Shown: positions 10,075-21,000, counted from the stretch's first letter. The stretch is DNA of 64,000 bases from an uncultured Planctomycetia bacterium (GCA_964406665.1 CAYOSQ010000006.1:23577-87576); one strand, 5' to 3'. Numbers and translations are program-made. The notes: generated by a model from the letters alone, not told the origin.

Positions 10075-10479
10075 CTATTCTTGCTCTTGGATGGATGCTT
10101 CTTCCCAACGCCAGTCTATTAATTTCTTATCTTCATCAAAGAATAAATACATCTTTTCTGAACCAAAAAACTCCATGGGATAACGATATACCAAGCGTTC
10201 TTTTATTAAAGGATCATCCTCAACCATCCTAGAAGAAACTGGTTCACCATAATTTCTGAATATGTATCTCTGGCTTAAGCCTTTTTTCAATCTATCATTT
10301 TTATAATCATCTAAAAGATTCTCAAATTTTTCCTCTTGTACTTCCACGAATTTTTCATTGCCTTCCTGGCTTTTGGAATATCTGCTAAGAGTCTTTAATC
10401 CTCGTATTTCCTCTCTGCTTATGCAGCCATAAATACAAACAAGAGAAAGAAGTGTCATAGCAAAAATGATCTTCTTCAT
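10075..10479 (-). CDS. putative lipoprotein (hypothetical)
   Basis: 134 aa; signal peptide with Cys-containing lipobox-like segment (IYGC). Confidence 0.45.
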   Translation of the reverse strand: MKKIIFAMTLLSLVCIYGCISREEIRGLKTLSRYSKSQEGNEKFVEVQEEKFENLLDDYKNDRLKKGLSQRYIFRNYGEPVSSRMVEDDPLIKERLVYRYPMEFFGSEKMYLFFDEDKKLIDWRWEEASIQEQE

Positions 10480-10532
10480 AAGCTTATCCCCCTTAAATTA
10501 TTTCAAATATCACAAAACTAATTTAGCTAAAA

Positions 10533-11309
10533 TTATGCGCCGCTACCGGCTTTTTGAGAAAAACAAATTTCAGCTATTTTTTGTCCTCCGATCTTATTCG
10601 GAGATATTACCTCGTTAGCCCCGGCTTTATAAATACGGTGTGCGATTGAATCATCAAAACATCTTGCCACAATAAATAAATCCGGATTAAGATCTCGCGC
10701 GGTAATCACCACATACAAATTATCTATGTCTGACGATAAAGATGATATCAAGCAGCCCGCAGACTTTATATTAGCTATCCAGAGAGATTCCTCATTAGTA
10801 GCATTAGCTTCAATAAGAGGAATATTGGGAAACTTATTTTGAAATCGAGTAATTACACCTTTATCATCTTCGATTACAATTAAATCAGAATCTTTATTCT
10901 TAAATTCTTCAGCTATTACCTTTCCCGTGGTACCACCCCCACAGAGAATGGTATGTTTTTTCATATTTTTAATCTTATCGAACATTTTCTTCCTCCTGAA
11001 GTAATTTCGCAAATCCGCGCTAACCAAAAAACTGGTTACAATAGCTACCCATCCAGCTAATAAAGTAACACCCATAAATATCAAAAACATGGTAAAGATT
11101 CTACCAGTAAAAGAAAGCTGACCAATTTCTCTAAAACCTACTGCAGAAATAGTAATCGCTGTCATGTAGAAAGCATCCTGTAAACTCCAGCCTTCAATAA
11201 GATAATAACCAAAAGTTCCTATTAAGAAACAAATAAACAAAACTGAAAAGAGTAACAGAATTCTTTTTACAGCTATATTTACAGTAGGAATCTGGGAATT
11301 ATTTTTCAT
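10533..11309 (-). CDS. ion channel with C-terminal RCK/TrkA-N domain
   Basis: 258 aa; two TM helices flanking a pore-loop-like segment (TISAVGFRE), then Rossmann GxGxxG (CGGGTTGKV) of a TrkA-N/RCK domain. Confidence 0.6.
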   Translation of the reverse strand: MKNNSQIPTVNIAVKRILLLFSVLFICFLIGTFGYYLIEGWSLQDAFYMTAITISAVGFREIGQLSFTGRIFTMFLIFMGVTLLAGWVAIVTSFLVSADLRNYFRRKKMFDKIKNMKKHTILCGGGTTGKVIAEEFKNKDSDLIVIEDDKGVITRFQNKFPNIPLIEANATNEESLWIANIKSAGCLISSLSSDIDNLYVVITARDLNPDLFIVARCFDDSIAHRIYKAGANEVISPNKIGGQKIAEICFSQKAGSGA

Positions 11310-11671
11310 TTCTTTTTACTTTTAACTTTCTTTCTCGGGCAAAAATTTAGCTCTGGGCATAAATCTTCGTACATTTGAGCAAGCTCACCATCCTCATAAG
11401 GAAACTCTCTGCAATATCTTGGGCGAATAGGATAAATACTACATAGATTATCTTTTCTCTGAAAAACACAACGGCCGTTTCTTACCACAGTAGCAACCGC
11501 CCATCCTGAAGAAAAATCATCGTCTCTGTGTATATTTTCAAACCAGGGTTTTTTTATATCTAAATCTACCAAAGAAATTTCCATTGCCTTTTTCAAATCA
11601 GCACTCACGCCATCGCAACAACAACTTCCCGATCTACAACTTTTACATAATGAAAGAATTCTTTTTTTCAT
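11306..11671 (-). CDS. YkgJ-family Cys-cluster protein (CxxCxxCC zinc/iron-chelating domain)
   Basis: 121 aa; CKSCRSGSCCC cluster plus downstream conserved Cys residues. Confidence 0.55.
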   Translation of the reverse strand: MKKRILSLCKSCRSGSCCCDGVSADLKKAMEISLVDLDIKKPWFENIHRDDDFSSGWAVATVVRNGRCVFQRKDNLCSIYPIRPRYCREFPYEDGELAQMYEDLCPELNFCPRKKVKSKKK

Positions 11672-11698
11672 TTAACTCCTCGTAATTTTCATCAAACA

Positions 11699-12610
11699 CT
11701 ATCTCTTCATACCGCCTTCATCTACTAATTTCAAAAACACATCAACTACGTCATCTCTAAATTGAGAACCTTTATAATTTGAAAGCTCACTCTTAGCTTC
11801 TTCGATGGAAAGCGCTTTTCTATAAGGCCTCTCAGTACACATAGCATCAAACGCATCTGCCACAGAAATAACTGATGCTAATGTAGGAATCTCACCTGCA
11901 GATAGACCTTCAGGATAACCATTGCCATCAGGACGCTCATGATGAGACCTTACAATAGATAATGCGGGCTTCAATAAATTAATATCATTTAATATATCAA
12001 CTCCTATCATAGGATGCCTACGTATTTCTCTCCACTCACTATCTGTTAACGGATCCTGTTTATTCAATATCTTCTCGCTTATTCCAATCTTACCTATATC
12101 GTGCAAAAGTCCTATGGTTTTGATAAATTCAACCTGTAAATTTGAAAGCTTCATCTCTTGAGCAATAAGCATAGCATATTTAGTAACTCTTTCAGAATGC
12201 CCATGAGTAAAACGATCTTTTGCCTCCAGTGCATTGACCAATGATCTAATAAAAGCTATAAAATATAGCTCTAAATCATTATAAGTGGTTTCCAGTCGCT
12301 TTGCCATTTCAGTAAATATCTCAGCAAGCTTACCAACTTCATCAGAAGATTCACGTTCTATGTGATAATTAAAATCACCCTTAGAAATAATCCTAGCGGC
12401 ATGCGTTAATCTTTCAACTGGCCTGGTGAATTGTTTGATTATAAAATATCCAGCAACCGAAGATACAAGTAAACCTATTGATAAAGCTAAAAATACATTA
12501 AGGCCTATCTTACCTTCAACTATGTATATAACCCCTGCAGCTACAAGCGAATAGCTACCAAGCAATATCACAAAAACTCTGGCTAATCTATTTCTCAGAT
12601 TTTGTCTCAT
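11699..12610 (-). CDS. membrane-anchored HD-GYP domain c-di-GMP phosphodiesterase
   Basis: 303 aa; N-terminal TM segments, HAMP-like linker, HD motif (LLHDIGKIG) and HHERPDGNGYPEG (HD-GYP signature). Confidence 0.75.
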   Translation of the reverse strand: MRQNLRNRLARVFVILLGSYSLVAAGVIYIVEGKIGLNVFLALSIGLLVSSVAGYFIIKQFTRPVERLTHAARIISKGDFNYHIERESSDEVGKLAEIFTEMAKRLETTYNDLELYFIAFIRSLVNALEAKDRFTHGHSERVTKYAMLIAQEMKLSNLQVEFIKTIGLLHDIGKIGISEKILNKQDPLTDSEWREIRRHPMIGVDILNDINLLKPALSIVRSHHERPDGNGYPEGLSAGEIPTLASVISVADAFDAMCTERPYRKALSIEEAKSELSNYKGSQFRDDVVDVFLKLVDEGGMKR

Positions 12611-12635
12611 AAGTATCCATATATTATATCACAAA

Positions 12636-13157
12636 TCATCTCTTAAATTTACCCATTAGTTCAGCTTGCCCTAACACATGTCCCCCTATTGCTTTAAGCA
12701 CTTCATCCTTGGTTTTTCCAGGATCAATGTTAAGCACAATGTCTAGAGCATACAATTTAAAGAAATATCTGTGATAACTTCCCGGTGGTGGACAAGGACC
12801 GCCATAACCAACCCTGCCAAAATCAGTCATGCCCTGTTTAGAGCCATCTGCCAAGACATTTTTTTTCTCAATTCCTTCTGGTAAGCTTCTTAGGCTTGCA
12901 GGCATATCATAGACTACCCAATGAACCCAGATACCCATAGGCGCATCAGGATCATCATTAATAAGCACAAAACTCCTTGTGCCTTCAGGAACCCCTTTCC
13001 AATCTAGCTGTGGAGAAACATTTTCTCCCTGACAAGAATAAGTCTTGGGAATTTCTAAGCCCTGATTAAATACCGGACTAGTTAATTCTAGCGCCATGAC
13101 TGCACCTCCGAAAAATAATAAAAAACCAATAGCCAAAACAATAATTTTTTTAGCCAT
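12636..13157 (-). CDS. YbhB/YbcL-family PEBP (Raf kinase inhibitor-like) protein, secreted
   Basis: 173 aa; signal peptide; PEBP motifs [29 protein letters not shown]. Confidence 0.8.
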   Translation of the reverse strand: MAKKIIVLAIGFLLFFGGAVMALELTSPVFNQGLEIPKTYSCQGENVSPQLDWKGVPEGTRSFVLINDDPDAPMGIWVHWVVYDMPASLRSLPEGIEKKNVLADGSKQGMTDFGRVGYGGPCPPPGSYHRYFFKLYALDIVLNIDPGKTKDEVLKAIGGHVLGQAELMGKFKR

Positions 13158-14097
13158 TTTTATTTTCCTTTTTGAAAATTAAATAATCTTCTATGATTTT
13201 TTTATGATCAAACGCATATTCATTTTTTAATAAATCTTCATAAGCTACAACCTTAGCACCCTTGGCATCATCTCCTGCCTTAGGCCTACCTTTTGCCTGA
13301 GCTATAAAAACAGTCCCCACAACATGAAAACGCGGGTCTCTACCCGGTTCTGAATATGTATGAAATTGTTTTACATTTATTAAATCTAGGTCTGTTTCTT
13401 CTTTTGCTTCACGCTTAACTGCATTTTCTAGGCTTTCGCCATAATCCACAAACCCACCGGGAAGAGCCCAACCATACGGAGGATTAGAACGCTCAATAAG
13501 AACAATCCCCTGTTTTAATTCGATTATTGCATCTACAGTACAGAATGGCCCCTGCTGAAGCTTAGTCTGTATATAATCGATATAGCTTTCGGAATACTTC
13601 TTGAAAGTTTCATAGGCATAGTCGTCGTAAAGACAAAAAACAACTTCTTTTAAACTAGATTCATTCTCGCGTATATGCTTAAAAACTTCTTGTGACATAA
13701 TTTTAGCTGCACCCACTAAAGAAAATTTTCCTACACCACAACCTAATGCAGGAAAAGCAATGGATTCAATCTTTAACTTATCAGCGCATCTAAGAGAATT
13801 CGCACATGAATTTCTTATCTTTACTTCATCAGTCTTAAAGTCCAAACCCATGGTTGCAGCGTGGATTACATATTTTGCTTTTAGTTTTCCTGCAATAGAT
13901 TCAATTGCTTCGCCGATTTTAATCGGTCCTTTTTTAACAGCATCATCTTCTACTACCTGACCACCTTTTCTTCTAATTACTCCGGCAACACCACCGCCCA
14001 TAACCAACTTATTGTTGGCGGCATTAACAATAGCATCTACCTTAAGTTCTGTTATGTCTGACTTGATGATTTTCAGTTCTGTGTTTTTTATTTTCAT
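13150..14097 (-). CDS. Macro domain / NUDIX hydrolase fusion protein (ADP-ribose processing)
   Basis: 315 aa; N-terminal macro domain ([19 protein letters not shown]), C-terminal Nudix box ([24 protein letters not shown]). Confidence 0.75.
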   Translation of the reverse strand: MKIKNTELKIIKSDITELKVDAIVNAANNKLVMGGGVAGVIRRKGGQVVEDDAVKKGPIKIGEAIESIAGKLKAKYVIHAATMGLDFKTDEVKIRNSCANSLRCADKLKIESIAFPALGCGVGKFSLVGAAKIMSQEVFKHIRENESSLKEVVFCLYDDYAYETFKKYSESYIDYIQTKLQQGPFCTVDAIIELKQGIVLIERSNPPYGWALPGGFVDYGESLENAVKREAKEETDLDLINVKQFHTYSEPGRDPRFHVVGTVFIAQAKGRPKAGDDAKGAKVVAYEDLLKNEYAFDHKKIIEDYLIFKKENKNG

Positions 14098-14111
14098 CAG
14101 TATCCTTTGAG

Positions 14112-14447
14112 CTAAGAGCGAATCATAATTAATACCATTTTAAATTTCTCAATAGCCCTTAAAGAATGCGGTTTGTCTGCCGGCATTACTATTGCCTCAT
14201 TTTGTTTAACAATAAAAGGCTTTCCCGCAATTATAACCTCGGCTTCTCCATCAACAACATTAACCAAGGCATCAAAAGGAGCAGTGTGTTCACTTAAGCC
14301 TTCTCCTTTATCAAATGCAAATACGCTGACAGTGCCGACTTTTTTATCAATAATAGTCCTGCTAACTACCGCACCATCTTGATAATTAATTAAATTTTCA
14401 AATTCAATAACCTGCTCTTTTAAATCCTTTGCGCTATCTTTATTCAT
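14112..14447 (-). CDS. cupin domain protein
   Basis: 111 aa; cupin-like beta-barrel pattern ([20 protein letters not shown]). Confidence 0.55.
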   Translation of the reverse strand: MNKDSAKDLKEQVIEFENLINYQDGAVVSRTIIDKKVGTVSVFAFDKGEGLSEHTAPFDALVNVVDGEAEVIIAGKPFIVKQNEAIVMPADKPHSLRAIEKFKMVLIMIRS

Positions 14448-14904
14448 CTAACCACTCCTTCTCGTTGTCAATATTCGGATTCTTCCAATACCAGTCTCCT
14501 CCACCGGTAGTATAAATAATATTACGGAATACAAACATGCTGTCCATTTTCCATTCTCCGTGGTCTTTTACAAAATATATTGGTGCAGGACTTTTAAACA
14601 TTGGACCGAAGCGCATAATAGCTTTATCTTTGTGCATCTCTATTTTATAAGATTTATTTGCCCAAATATTGTATGCATTACGCAGCTGTCGAGAGTGTCG
14701 ATGAGCGAGATACTTTTTATTTGTTTTTTGAAACCACTGAAATTCTTCAGTGCTACAAAGATCTGACTTATCAAAACTTCCTTCCTTGCACGCTTGCAAA
14801 TACGTTTTAAAAGTTGCCTCGGGAGAAGAAAAGTCAATATCGGAAGCGTAGGTTATGCCAAAAAATAATACGGATAATAAAAAACAAGTGATTATTTTCT
14901 TCAT
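14440..14904 (-). CDS. secreted hypothetical protein
   Basis: Signal peptide beginning MKKIITCFLLSVLFF; start placed at the internal Met (14904) rather than the ORF-track start 14940, which would overlap cca. Confidence 0.45.
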   Translation of the reverse strand: MKKIITCFLLSVLFFGITYASDIDFSSPEATFKTYLQACKEGSFDKSDLCSTEEFQWFQKTNKKYLAHRHSRQLRNAYNIWANKSYKIEMHKDKAIMRFGPMFKSPAPIYFVKDHGEWKMDSMFVFRNIIYTTGGGDWYWKNPNIDNEKEWLDE

Positions 14905-14905
14905 T

Positions 14906-16354
14906 TTATTTCTCCTGGGCGATTTTTTTTGCCAGCACAAGCGCTTCTTTTTTTGTTTTGATACTACCTTCGGCTTGTGCTTCTTCTACTTCCCGTAAAA
15001 TCTTACTAAAAATCTGTGAAGGCTTAAGCTTTAATTTCTTGATTAAATCGTCCCCGTTGATTAACCGTACAAACGGTTTCTCTTTCTGTTTATCAAAATA
15101 ATACTTAATCAATTTATTGATTACCTTCTCATGCAACAGTCGGTCTTTCTTTGTTGTTAAAGGTCCTCTGGTAGCACGCTGATCTGCAATTGCGATAATT
15201 AAAATGCTAAGCCCTTCTTCTTCGGTGTCGCGAAAATAACGAAAAATCGCACGGGCAGACGGTAATTCAGTATCAGCTAAATAGCCCGGTCTTAAATGAC
15301 AAAATATCATCTTTTCTAAAGCATCTTTTTCCTTGGTTGAAAGCTTTAACATCTCTGCGATGTTGTCGCTTATGCTACGGCCCACTCTTTCGTGGCCGTG
15401 AAAAATCATCTTTCCGTCTTTGCGTCGCTTAGTATCAGGCTTTCCGATATCATGTAAAAGTATTCCCAGCTTAATCAAAGATTTTCGCGTTCTACCGGAT
15501 ATTATTTCCTGATTAAGATATTCATTTAAATCAGCTTTATTCTTTATCTGCTGAAAATATTTTTCTAATTGCACAAGTGCCTCCAAAGAATGTTTCCAGA
15601 CATCAAGATGATGATAAGGCCCCTGGCTGACATTATACATAATTTTTATTTGGGGAATTATCTTATAGAGCACGCCGAGCTTATCCATTTGTTTTATGTA
15701 TATCGCAGAATCATCAACACCCAGAACTTTAAATAGCTCATCGCGCTTTCTTTCAGCAGCAGATTCTGATAATTTTTCACGATCTTTTTTAATAGCTTTT
15801 AAAGTTAAGCTTTCGATTTTAAAATCTAACATTGCGGCAAAGCTAAAAGCTCGCACAATTCTCAATGGATCTTGAAAAAAACTTTTTTTACTGGTTATTC
15901 TGACTATACCTTTCTTTATATCGTCTAAAGCACAACAGTAATCTAACAACAATTTAGAAAATATCCTCGCTGTTTTTATCTTATCAATATCAATAGCCAA
16001 AGAGTTTATTGTAAAATCTCTCTGCAGTAAATCTTTCTTTATTGTTTTATCGCGAAAATCTGCAAAATCTAATGTGTGTTGACAGTTCTTTCTGTTATAT
16101 ACAACTCTGGCACATCCATGCTCTTTATCAAGAAGAACAAAATTACCTTTTATTTTACGTGATACTAGTCTGGCGAATCCTATGGCATCTTTGTCAACTG
16201 CAAAATCTAAATCATAGTTTTCTTTAATGCGATCTAAAACTAAATCGCGCACAAATCCTCCCACCAAGAATACCTTACGTTTTTTATTCTTAGCTAAAGA
16301 ATTAACTGTCTTTAAAAAGCTGTTTTCTTTCAATACCTTTATTGAAGATAACAT
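14906..16354 (-). CDS. cca: CCA-adding tRNA nucleotidyltransferase with HD domain
   Basis: 482 aa; polymerase-beta head motif LVGGFVRDLVL...DLDFAV and C-terminal HD domain (HDIGK). Confidence 0.8.
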   Translation of the reverse strand: MLSSIKVLKENSFLKTVNSLAKNKKRKVFLVGGFVRDLVLDRIKENYDLDFAVDKDAIGFARLVSRKIKGNFVLLDKEHGCARVVYNRKNCQHTLDFADFRDKTIKKDLLQRDFTINSLAIDIDKIKTARIFSKLLLDYCCALDDIKKGIVRITSKKSFFQDPLRIVRAFSFAAMLDFKIESLTLKAIKKDREKLSESAAERKRDELFKVLGVDDSAIYIKQMDKLGVLYKIIPQIKIMYNVSQGPYHHLDVWKHSLEALVQLEKYFQQIKNKADLNEYLNQEIISGRTRKSLIKLGILLHDIGKPDTKRRKDGKMIFHGHERVGRSISDNIAEMLKLSTKEKDALEKMIFCHLRPGYLADTELPSARAIFRYFRDTEEEGLSILIIAIADQRATRGPLTTKKDRLLHEKVINKLIKYYFDKQKEKPFVRLINGDDLIKKLKLKPSQIFSKILREVEEAQAEGSIKTKKEALVLAKKIAQEK

Positions 16355-16360
16355 AATAAA

Positions 16361-16834
16361 TTAAAGCTTAAAGAATTCTACTTTTAATGTTTCTAAATCA
16401 ATGATCGCAACCGTTGATGTTCCCGATAGCCAACCGCTGCATTCTCCCGGATTAACAAACATTATCCCTTTTTCTTTTCTAACTTCTTTCTTATGTGAAT
16501 GACCGTAAACCACTAAATCGATCTTTTCTCTTTTAAGATTTACTTTACTGATATCGTGTGTCAGCAGGATTTTCTTCCCGTCTTTCTTTATAATCAGAGG
16601 GCCTTTCTTAATCTTGCCCTGTGATTTCTTTTTTAAACCAACTTTCTCCCCGTCATTATTTCCTAAGACTCCCAAATATTCACAATTTAATTTATGAAAA
16701 ATATTTAAACAAAATGGTGCAACAAAATCACCTGCATGCAATACAAAATCAACTTTTTTTCTATTGAAAAAATTAACGGCCTTGCTTAATTTGGTGAGAT
16801 TATCATGGGTATCGGAAAGCAGTCCCAGCTTCAT
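16361..16834 (-). CDS. metallophosphoesterase (YfcE/MJ0936-like)
   Basis: 157 aa; calcineurin-like motifs D-x-H (SDTHDN), GDFV, GNND, GHSH. Confidence 0.7.
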   Translation of the reverse strand: MKLGLLSDTHDNLTKLSKAVNFFNRKKVDFVLHAGDFVAPFCLNIFHKLNCEYLGVLGNNDGEKVGLKKKSQGKIKKGPLIIKKDGKKILLTHDISKVNLKREKIDLVVYGHSHKKEVRKEKGIMFVNPGECSGWLSGTSTVAIIDLETLKVEFFKL

Positions 16835-17241
16835 TTTTGTTCTTCGAGTAAACCAGCCTTCTGTAAAATCTCTTCCTCGATAAATATCGGGGCGCTTGTC
16901 CTTACGGCCAAGGCTATGCTATCGGAAGGGCGGGCATCTACCAATTTTTTCTTGCCATTTTGTTTTATGACAAGCTTGGCGTGAAAAGTATTATCCTGCA
17001 ATTTATCAATAACAATTCTGTCTAAGCGTCCGTCCAAATTGATAATTGTCGAACTCAACAAATCATGAGCAAGCGGACGAGGTGGAGTTATCCCACTGAG
17101 TTTCATTTTTATGCTGGAAGCTTCCAGAAGTCCAATAATGATTGGCAGGCGCCTAGAACCATTTTTCTCTTTTAACACAATTACCTGATCGCTTCTTTTC
17201 TCGTTTATAATTATTTTACTTAATTCGACCTCTACCATCAA
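16831..17241 (-). CDS. bifunctional nuclease family protein (DUF151)
   Basis: 136 aa; characteristic LPIIIG...PPRPLAHDLL segment. Confidence 0.6.
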   Translation of the reverse strand: MMVEVELSKIIINEKRSDQVIVLKEKNGSRRLPIIIGLLEASSIKMKLSGITPPRPLAHDLLSSTIINLDGRLDRIVIDKLQDNTFHAKLVIKQNGKKKLVDARPSDSIALAVRTSAPIFIEEEILQKAGLLEEQK

Positions 17242-17253
17242 AAACTCCTAAGC

Positions 17254-17712
17254 TTAAGATTGCTTATCTAAAACGTCTTTCAGTTCTTTCATGAATTGAC
17301 TTACATCTTTAAACTGCCTGTATACTGATGCAAAACGTACATATGCGATATCATCTAACTTGGACAATTTTTGCATCAACAACTCTCCTATGCGCTCAGC
17401 CTGAACTTCTTTATCAAACTTACGCATAATAGAGCGCTCAATATCTGAAACCACACCTTCAAGTTTTTCCATGCTAATTGGTCTTTTCTCACATGCTTTA
17501 AGTAATCCAGAAAGGATTTTCTTTCTATCAAATCCTTCGCGGCGACCATCTTTCTTAACGACCATCAAAGGCGTTTGCTCAATATACTCATAAGTTGTAA
17601 AACGTCTCTCGCACTTTGAGCATTCTCGTCTTCGCCTTACAGAAGCACCTTCGCTACTGTCTCTGGAATCAACTACTTTATTTTCTTCATGACCGCAAAA
17701 TGGACATTTCAT
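17254..17712 (-). CDS. nrdR: transcriptional repressor NrdR
   Basis: 152 aa; MKCPFCGH...[12 protein letters not shown] zinc ribbon and ATP-cone. Confidence 0.9.
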   Translation of the reverse strand: MKCPFCGHEENKVVDSRDSSEGASVRRRRECSKCERRFTTYEYIEQTPLMVVKKDGRREGFDRKKILSGLLKACEKRPISMEKLEGVVSDIERSIMRKFDKEVQAERIGELLMQKLSKLDDIAYVRFASVYRQFKDVSQFMKELKDVLDKQS

Positions 17713-18206
17713 TTTCGTTTTTTTGTTTTTTTAGATAATTTTTTGTGCGACTTTACCAAGCGTATTTTAACCCTTGCTTCTTTGAGCATCTCTTGAGCTA
17801 ATTTATCCGGGTACCCTGAAGTAATAACGATTTCTTTTATCTGAGCATTGATTAGCATTTTCGAACAAATAATACATGGCTGATTTGTAATATAAATAGT
17901 GCTGCCCTGAATATCTATGTGATGAATGACCGCTTGAAGTATGGCGTTTTGTTCTGCATGAAGTCCGCGGCAAAGCTCATGACGTTGTCCGGATGGAATC
18001 CCCATCTTTTCTCTCAAACAACCCCTGCTTAAACAATGTTTAATTCCCGAAGGAACTCCGTTGTAGCCGGTGGCTAGAATCCTTTTATCTTTAACTACAA
18101 CTGCTCCGACTTTGCGCCTTAAACATGTAGACCTGCTTGCAACAATATCTGCAACATCTAAGAAATATTTATCCCAACTAGGACGCTTATCTTGTTTCTT
18201 TTTCAT
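17709..18206 (-). CDS. dCMP deaminase
   Basis: 165 aa; HAEQNAI and PCIICSKM zinc-binding motifs of the cytidine/dCMP deaminase family. Confidence 0.8.
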   Translation of the reverse strand: MKKKQDKRPSWDKYFLDVADIVASRSTCLRRKVGAVVVKDKRILATGYNGVPSGIKHCLSRGCLREKMGIPSGQRHELCRGLHAEQNAILQAVIHHIDIQGSTIYITNQPCIICSKMLINAQIKEIVITSGYPDKLAQEMLKEARVKIRLVKSHKKLSKKTKKRK

Positions 18207-19456
18207 ATCTTCTTAAGTAATTCTGGATACAGTTTAAACTTTTTGGTTAAATGACCAACTTCTCTAGCAACAGATTTCATTACGGCTTTATCTTTAGGCC
18301 TTAAAACAACTCTATCTATTAAATTTGCTATCTTATACATTTCTTTTTCTTTCATTCCCCTTGTAGTTGCTGCGGGAGTCCCTAATCTAATACCACTAGT
18401 CACAGCCGGAGATTTCATATCAAAAGGAATAAGGTTTTTGTTTACGGTGATGCGGGCTTTATCAAGTGCTTTTGCAGCAACCTTGCCGGTAATTTTCTTA
18501 TTGGATAAATCTACAAGCATAAGATGCGTATCCGTACCATAAGAAACAATACGAAAGCCCTTGCTGGTAAGCCCTTCAGCTAAGGCTTTAGCATTCTTTA
18601 CGATTTGCTTCTGGTACGCTTTGAAATTTGGACTACTGGCTTCTTTCAAGGCAACAGCCTTTGCAGCAATAACATGCATTAACGGACCACCTTGAATACC
18701 GGGAAAAATCTGAGAATCAATTTTTTTCGCATACTTCTTTTTACAAAGAATCATTCCCCCTCTAGGCCCACGCAAAGTTTTATGAGTAGTGGTAGTAACA
18801 AAATCTGAATAAGGTACGGGATTAGGATGCTCCCTAGCAACAACCAATCCGGCAAAATGCGCCATATCCACAAAAAGATATGCGCCAACACTATCAGCAA
18901 TCTTGCGGAATTTCTTAAAATCAATTGAGCGAGGATATGCAGAAGCTCCGGCTAAAATCATCTTAGGTTTATATTTTTTAGCTAGGCTAGCAATTGCATC
19001 GTAATCGAGCATCTCTGTTGCTCTATCCACTCCATAAGTTACGATATCAAAAAATCTACCTGAGAAATTATGCGGATGGCCGTGGGTCAAATGTCCTCCA
19101 CAAGCTAAATCCATAGATAACACCGTTTCTCCCAGCTTTAAAACAGAAAAATATACTGCCATATTTGCCTGAGAACCAGAATGAGGTTGAACATTGGCAT
19201 GCTCGCAACCAAAAAGTTTTTTAGCTCTTTGTCTAGCTAAATCCTCAGCGTTATCAACAAAATTACATCCTCCGTACCAGCGTGCCCGGGGATAACCTTC
19301 GGCATATTTATTAGTTAATACCGAACTAAGTGTCTCCAAAACTGCCAAAGAAGTAAAATTCTCCGAGGCAATAAGTTCAATATTATCATTTTGGCGTTTT
19401 AGTTCGCTTCTAACTACCGAATAGATCTGTTTATCAGTTTTCTTCAAATGCTCCAT
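18203..19456 (-). CDS. glyA: serine hydroxymethyltransferase
   Basis: 417 aa; full-length SHMT with PLP-lysine region ([14 protein letters not shown]). Confidence 0.95.
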   Translation of the reverse strand: MEHLKKTDKQIYSVVRSELKRQNDNIELIASENFTSLAVLETLSSVLTNKYAEGYPRARWYGGCNFVDNAEDLARQRAKKLFGCEHANVQPHSGSQANMAVYFSVLKLGETVLSMDLACGGHLTHGHPHNFSGRFFDIVTYGVDRATEMLDYDAIASLAKKYKPKMILAGASAYPRSIDFKKFRKIADSVGAYLFVDMAHFAGLVVAREHPNPVPYSDFVTTTTHKTLRGPRGGMILCKKKYAKKIDSQIFPGIQGGPLMHVIAAKAVALKEASSPNFKAYQKQIVKNAKALAEGLTSKGFRIVSYGTDTHLMLVDLSNKKITGKVAAKALDKARITVNKNLIPFDMKSPAVTSGIRLGTPAATTRGMKEKEMYKIANLIDRVVLRPKDKAVMKSVAREVGHLTKKFKLYPELLKKI

Positions 19457-19470
19457 TTTAACCTCTGCTA

Positions 19471-19926
19471 CTATCTTTTTGTTTTCTTTTCGAAATCTTT
19501 TATCTGATTTACTCTTTTTATATGCCTATCTCCGTCAAAATCAGTATTTAACCAAATATTAATAAGCTTTCCCACATCTTTGGGCCTGGTAAAATCTGAG
19601 CCTAAAACCAGTACGTTTGAATCATTATGCTGCCGGGAAAGACGCGCTGCTTTCTGATTATAGCACAGCGCTGCACGAACCCCCAATACTTTATTAGCAG
19701 CAATACAGCTGCCTATTCCAGTTTTGCATATCATGATACCGCGGTTATTCTTAGAAACTCGGGTGAGTCTTCCTACCTTAAAAGATATTTTTGGATGATC
19801 ACATGATTTATCAGTATAAGTCCCCACGTCTTTTACCTTATACCTTTTAGACTTTAAAAAACTTATTGCTTTCTTCTTTAAATCCACTCCCCTATGATCA
19901 GCCCCTATAATAATATTAAATTTCAT
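19471..19926 (-). CDS. rpiB: ribose-5-phosphate isomerase B
   Basis: 151 aa; RpiB/LacAB fold, N-terminal IIIGADH. Confidence 0.85.
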   Translation of the reverse strand: MKFNIIIGADHRGVDLKKKAISFLKSKRYKVKDVGTYTDKSCDHPKISFKVGRLTRVSKNNRGIMICKTGIGSCIAANKVLGVRAALCYNQKAARLSRQHNDSNVLVLGSDFTRPKDVGKLINIWLNTDFDGDRHIKRVNQIKDFEKKTKR

Positions 19927-19938
19927 CTTTGAACTCCT

Positions 19939-21000
19939 TTAAATTTTATCATACACCTTATCAATACACACTTTAATAACTTCAAAGCAATTAGCATAAA
20001 AACCTATGGGCATCCCCATAGGATCTGGGATACTTAAATCCATTTCATGCGCATCAACAAACTCCTTTAAAAGAAATATCCTTTTCTTTGCAAAGTGAAA
20101 TCTACTTATCATTGCGTCTTTATGATGGCCTTCCATTACTAAGATAACATCGGATCTTTTTACCAAGCTTGCGTTTATGCGCTGAGATCTGTGTCCTCGG
20201 GCGTCAATACCGTCTTTCCTTAAAAGCTCAATTGTAGATTCGCTTGCTCCCATACCAGGATAAGCACCCACACCAGCACTCTCAACAGAAACATCATCTC
20301 TTTCCTTAACTTTATCCTTCATTAGTTCTGCTGCCATAACTGACCGACAGCTATTGCCGGTACAAACAAAAAGAAAATGTTTCCTGTTAACTACCTTTAA
20401 AATCTCATCTGCTTTTATAGCACCTTCCCGCATAATTGCTACAGGAGACTGAGCAATATTAACTACTGTAGAGCTTACGCCGAATTCGGTTACGCCTCCA
20501 TCAATAGCAACATCCACCAAACCTTCCAGATCCTTAAGGACATCCTCTATATTTGAAGGAGCATCTTTTCCAGAGAAATTTGCCGATGGAGCAACAACGG
20601 GTACTCCCGCTGCATCTATCAATTGCAAAGCTATATTATTATTCGGCAAGCGTAATCCTATAGTATCTGAGGGGGATTTCCCTGATTTTAATATCATTGT
20701 TAAAGGCCCGGGCCAAAAACTATCCATTAATTTATAAGCACCGGTCGGTATATCAATAGCAAATCTTTCAACTTCTTCTTTATGGGCAATATGGATGGAA
20801 TATTTTTTGTCTGCGGGACGCTTTTTTATTTGAGAAAGCCTTTCCATGGTTTCATCATTTAACGCGTTAGCTGCAATACCATAGACCGTCTCGGTAGGAA
20901 AAGCAACCAAGCCGCCGTTTTTAACTACTTCGGCAGCAAAGTTTATTTTCTCCTTATCCGGATTGTGCGGATCAAGCTTTATTACTTCTGTTTTTTTCAA
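19939..21000 (-). CDS. fusion protein: L-threonylcarbamoyladenylate synthase (Sua5/YrdC/YwlC) + low-molecular-weight protein phosphatase (YwlE-like)
   Basis: 353 aa; N-terminal YrdC domain, C-terminal LMW-PTP with CX5R P-loop (FVCTGNSCRSVMAAE) and DPMG-like motif. Confidence 0.8.
   Translation of the reverse strand: MKKTEVIKLDPHNPDKEKINFAAEVVKNGGLVAFPTETVYGIAANALNDETMERLSQIKKRPADKKYSIHIAHKEEVERFAIDIPTGAYKLMDSFWPGPLTMILKSGKSPSDTIGLRLPNNNIALQLIDAAGVPVVAPSANFSGKDAPSNIEDVLKDLEGLVDVAIDGGVTEFGVSSTVVNIAQSPVAIMREGAIKADEILKVVNRKHFLFVCTGNSCRSVMAAELMKDKVKERDDVSVESAGVGAYPGMGASESTIELLRKDGIDARGHRSQRINASLVKRSDVILVMEGHHKDAMISRFHFAKKRIFLLKEFVDAHEMDLSIPDPMGMPIGFYANCFEVIKVCIDKVYDKI

Noticed and set aside
10533-11309. 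Calling this gene a potassium channel
   Set aside because: The pore signature lacks the GYG glycine (reads GFR), so K+ selectivity cannot be assumed; annotated generically as an RCK-domain ion channel.
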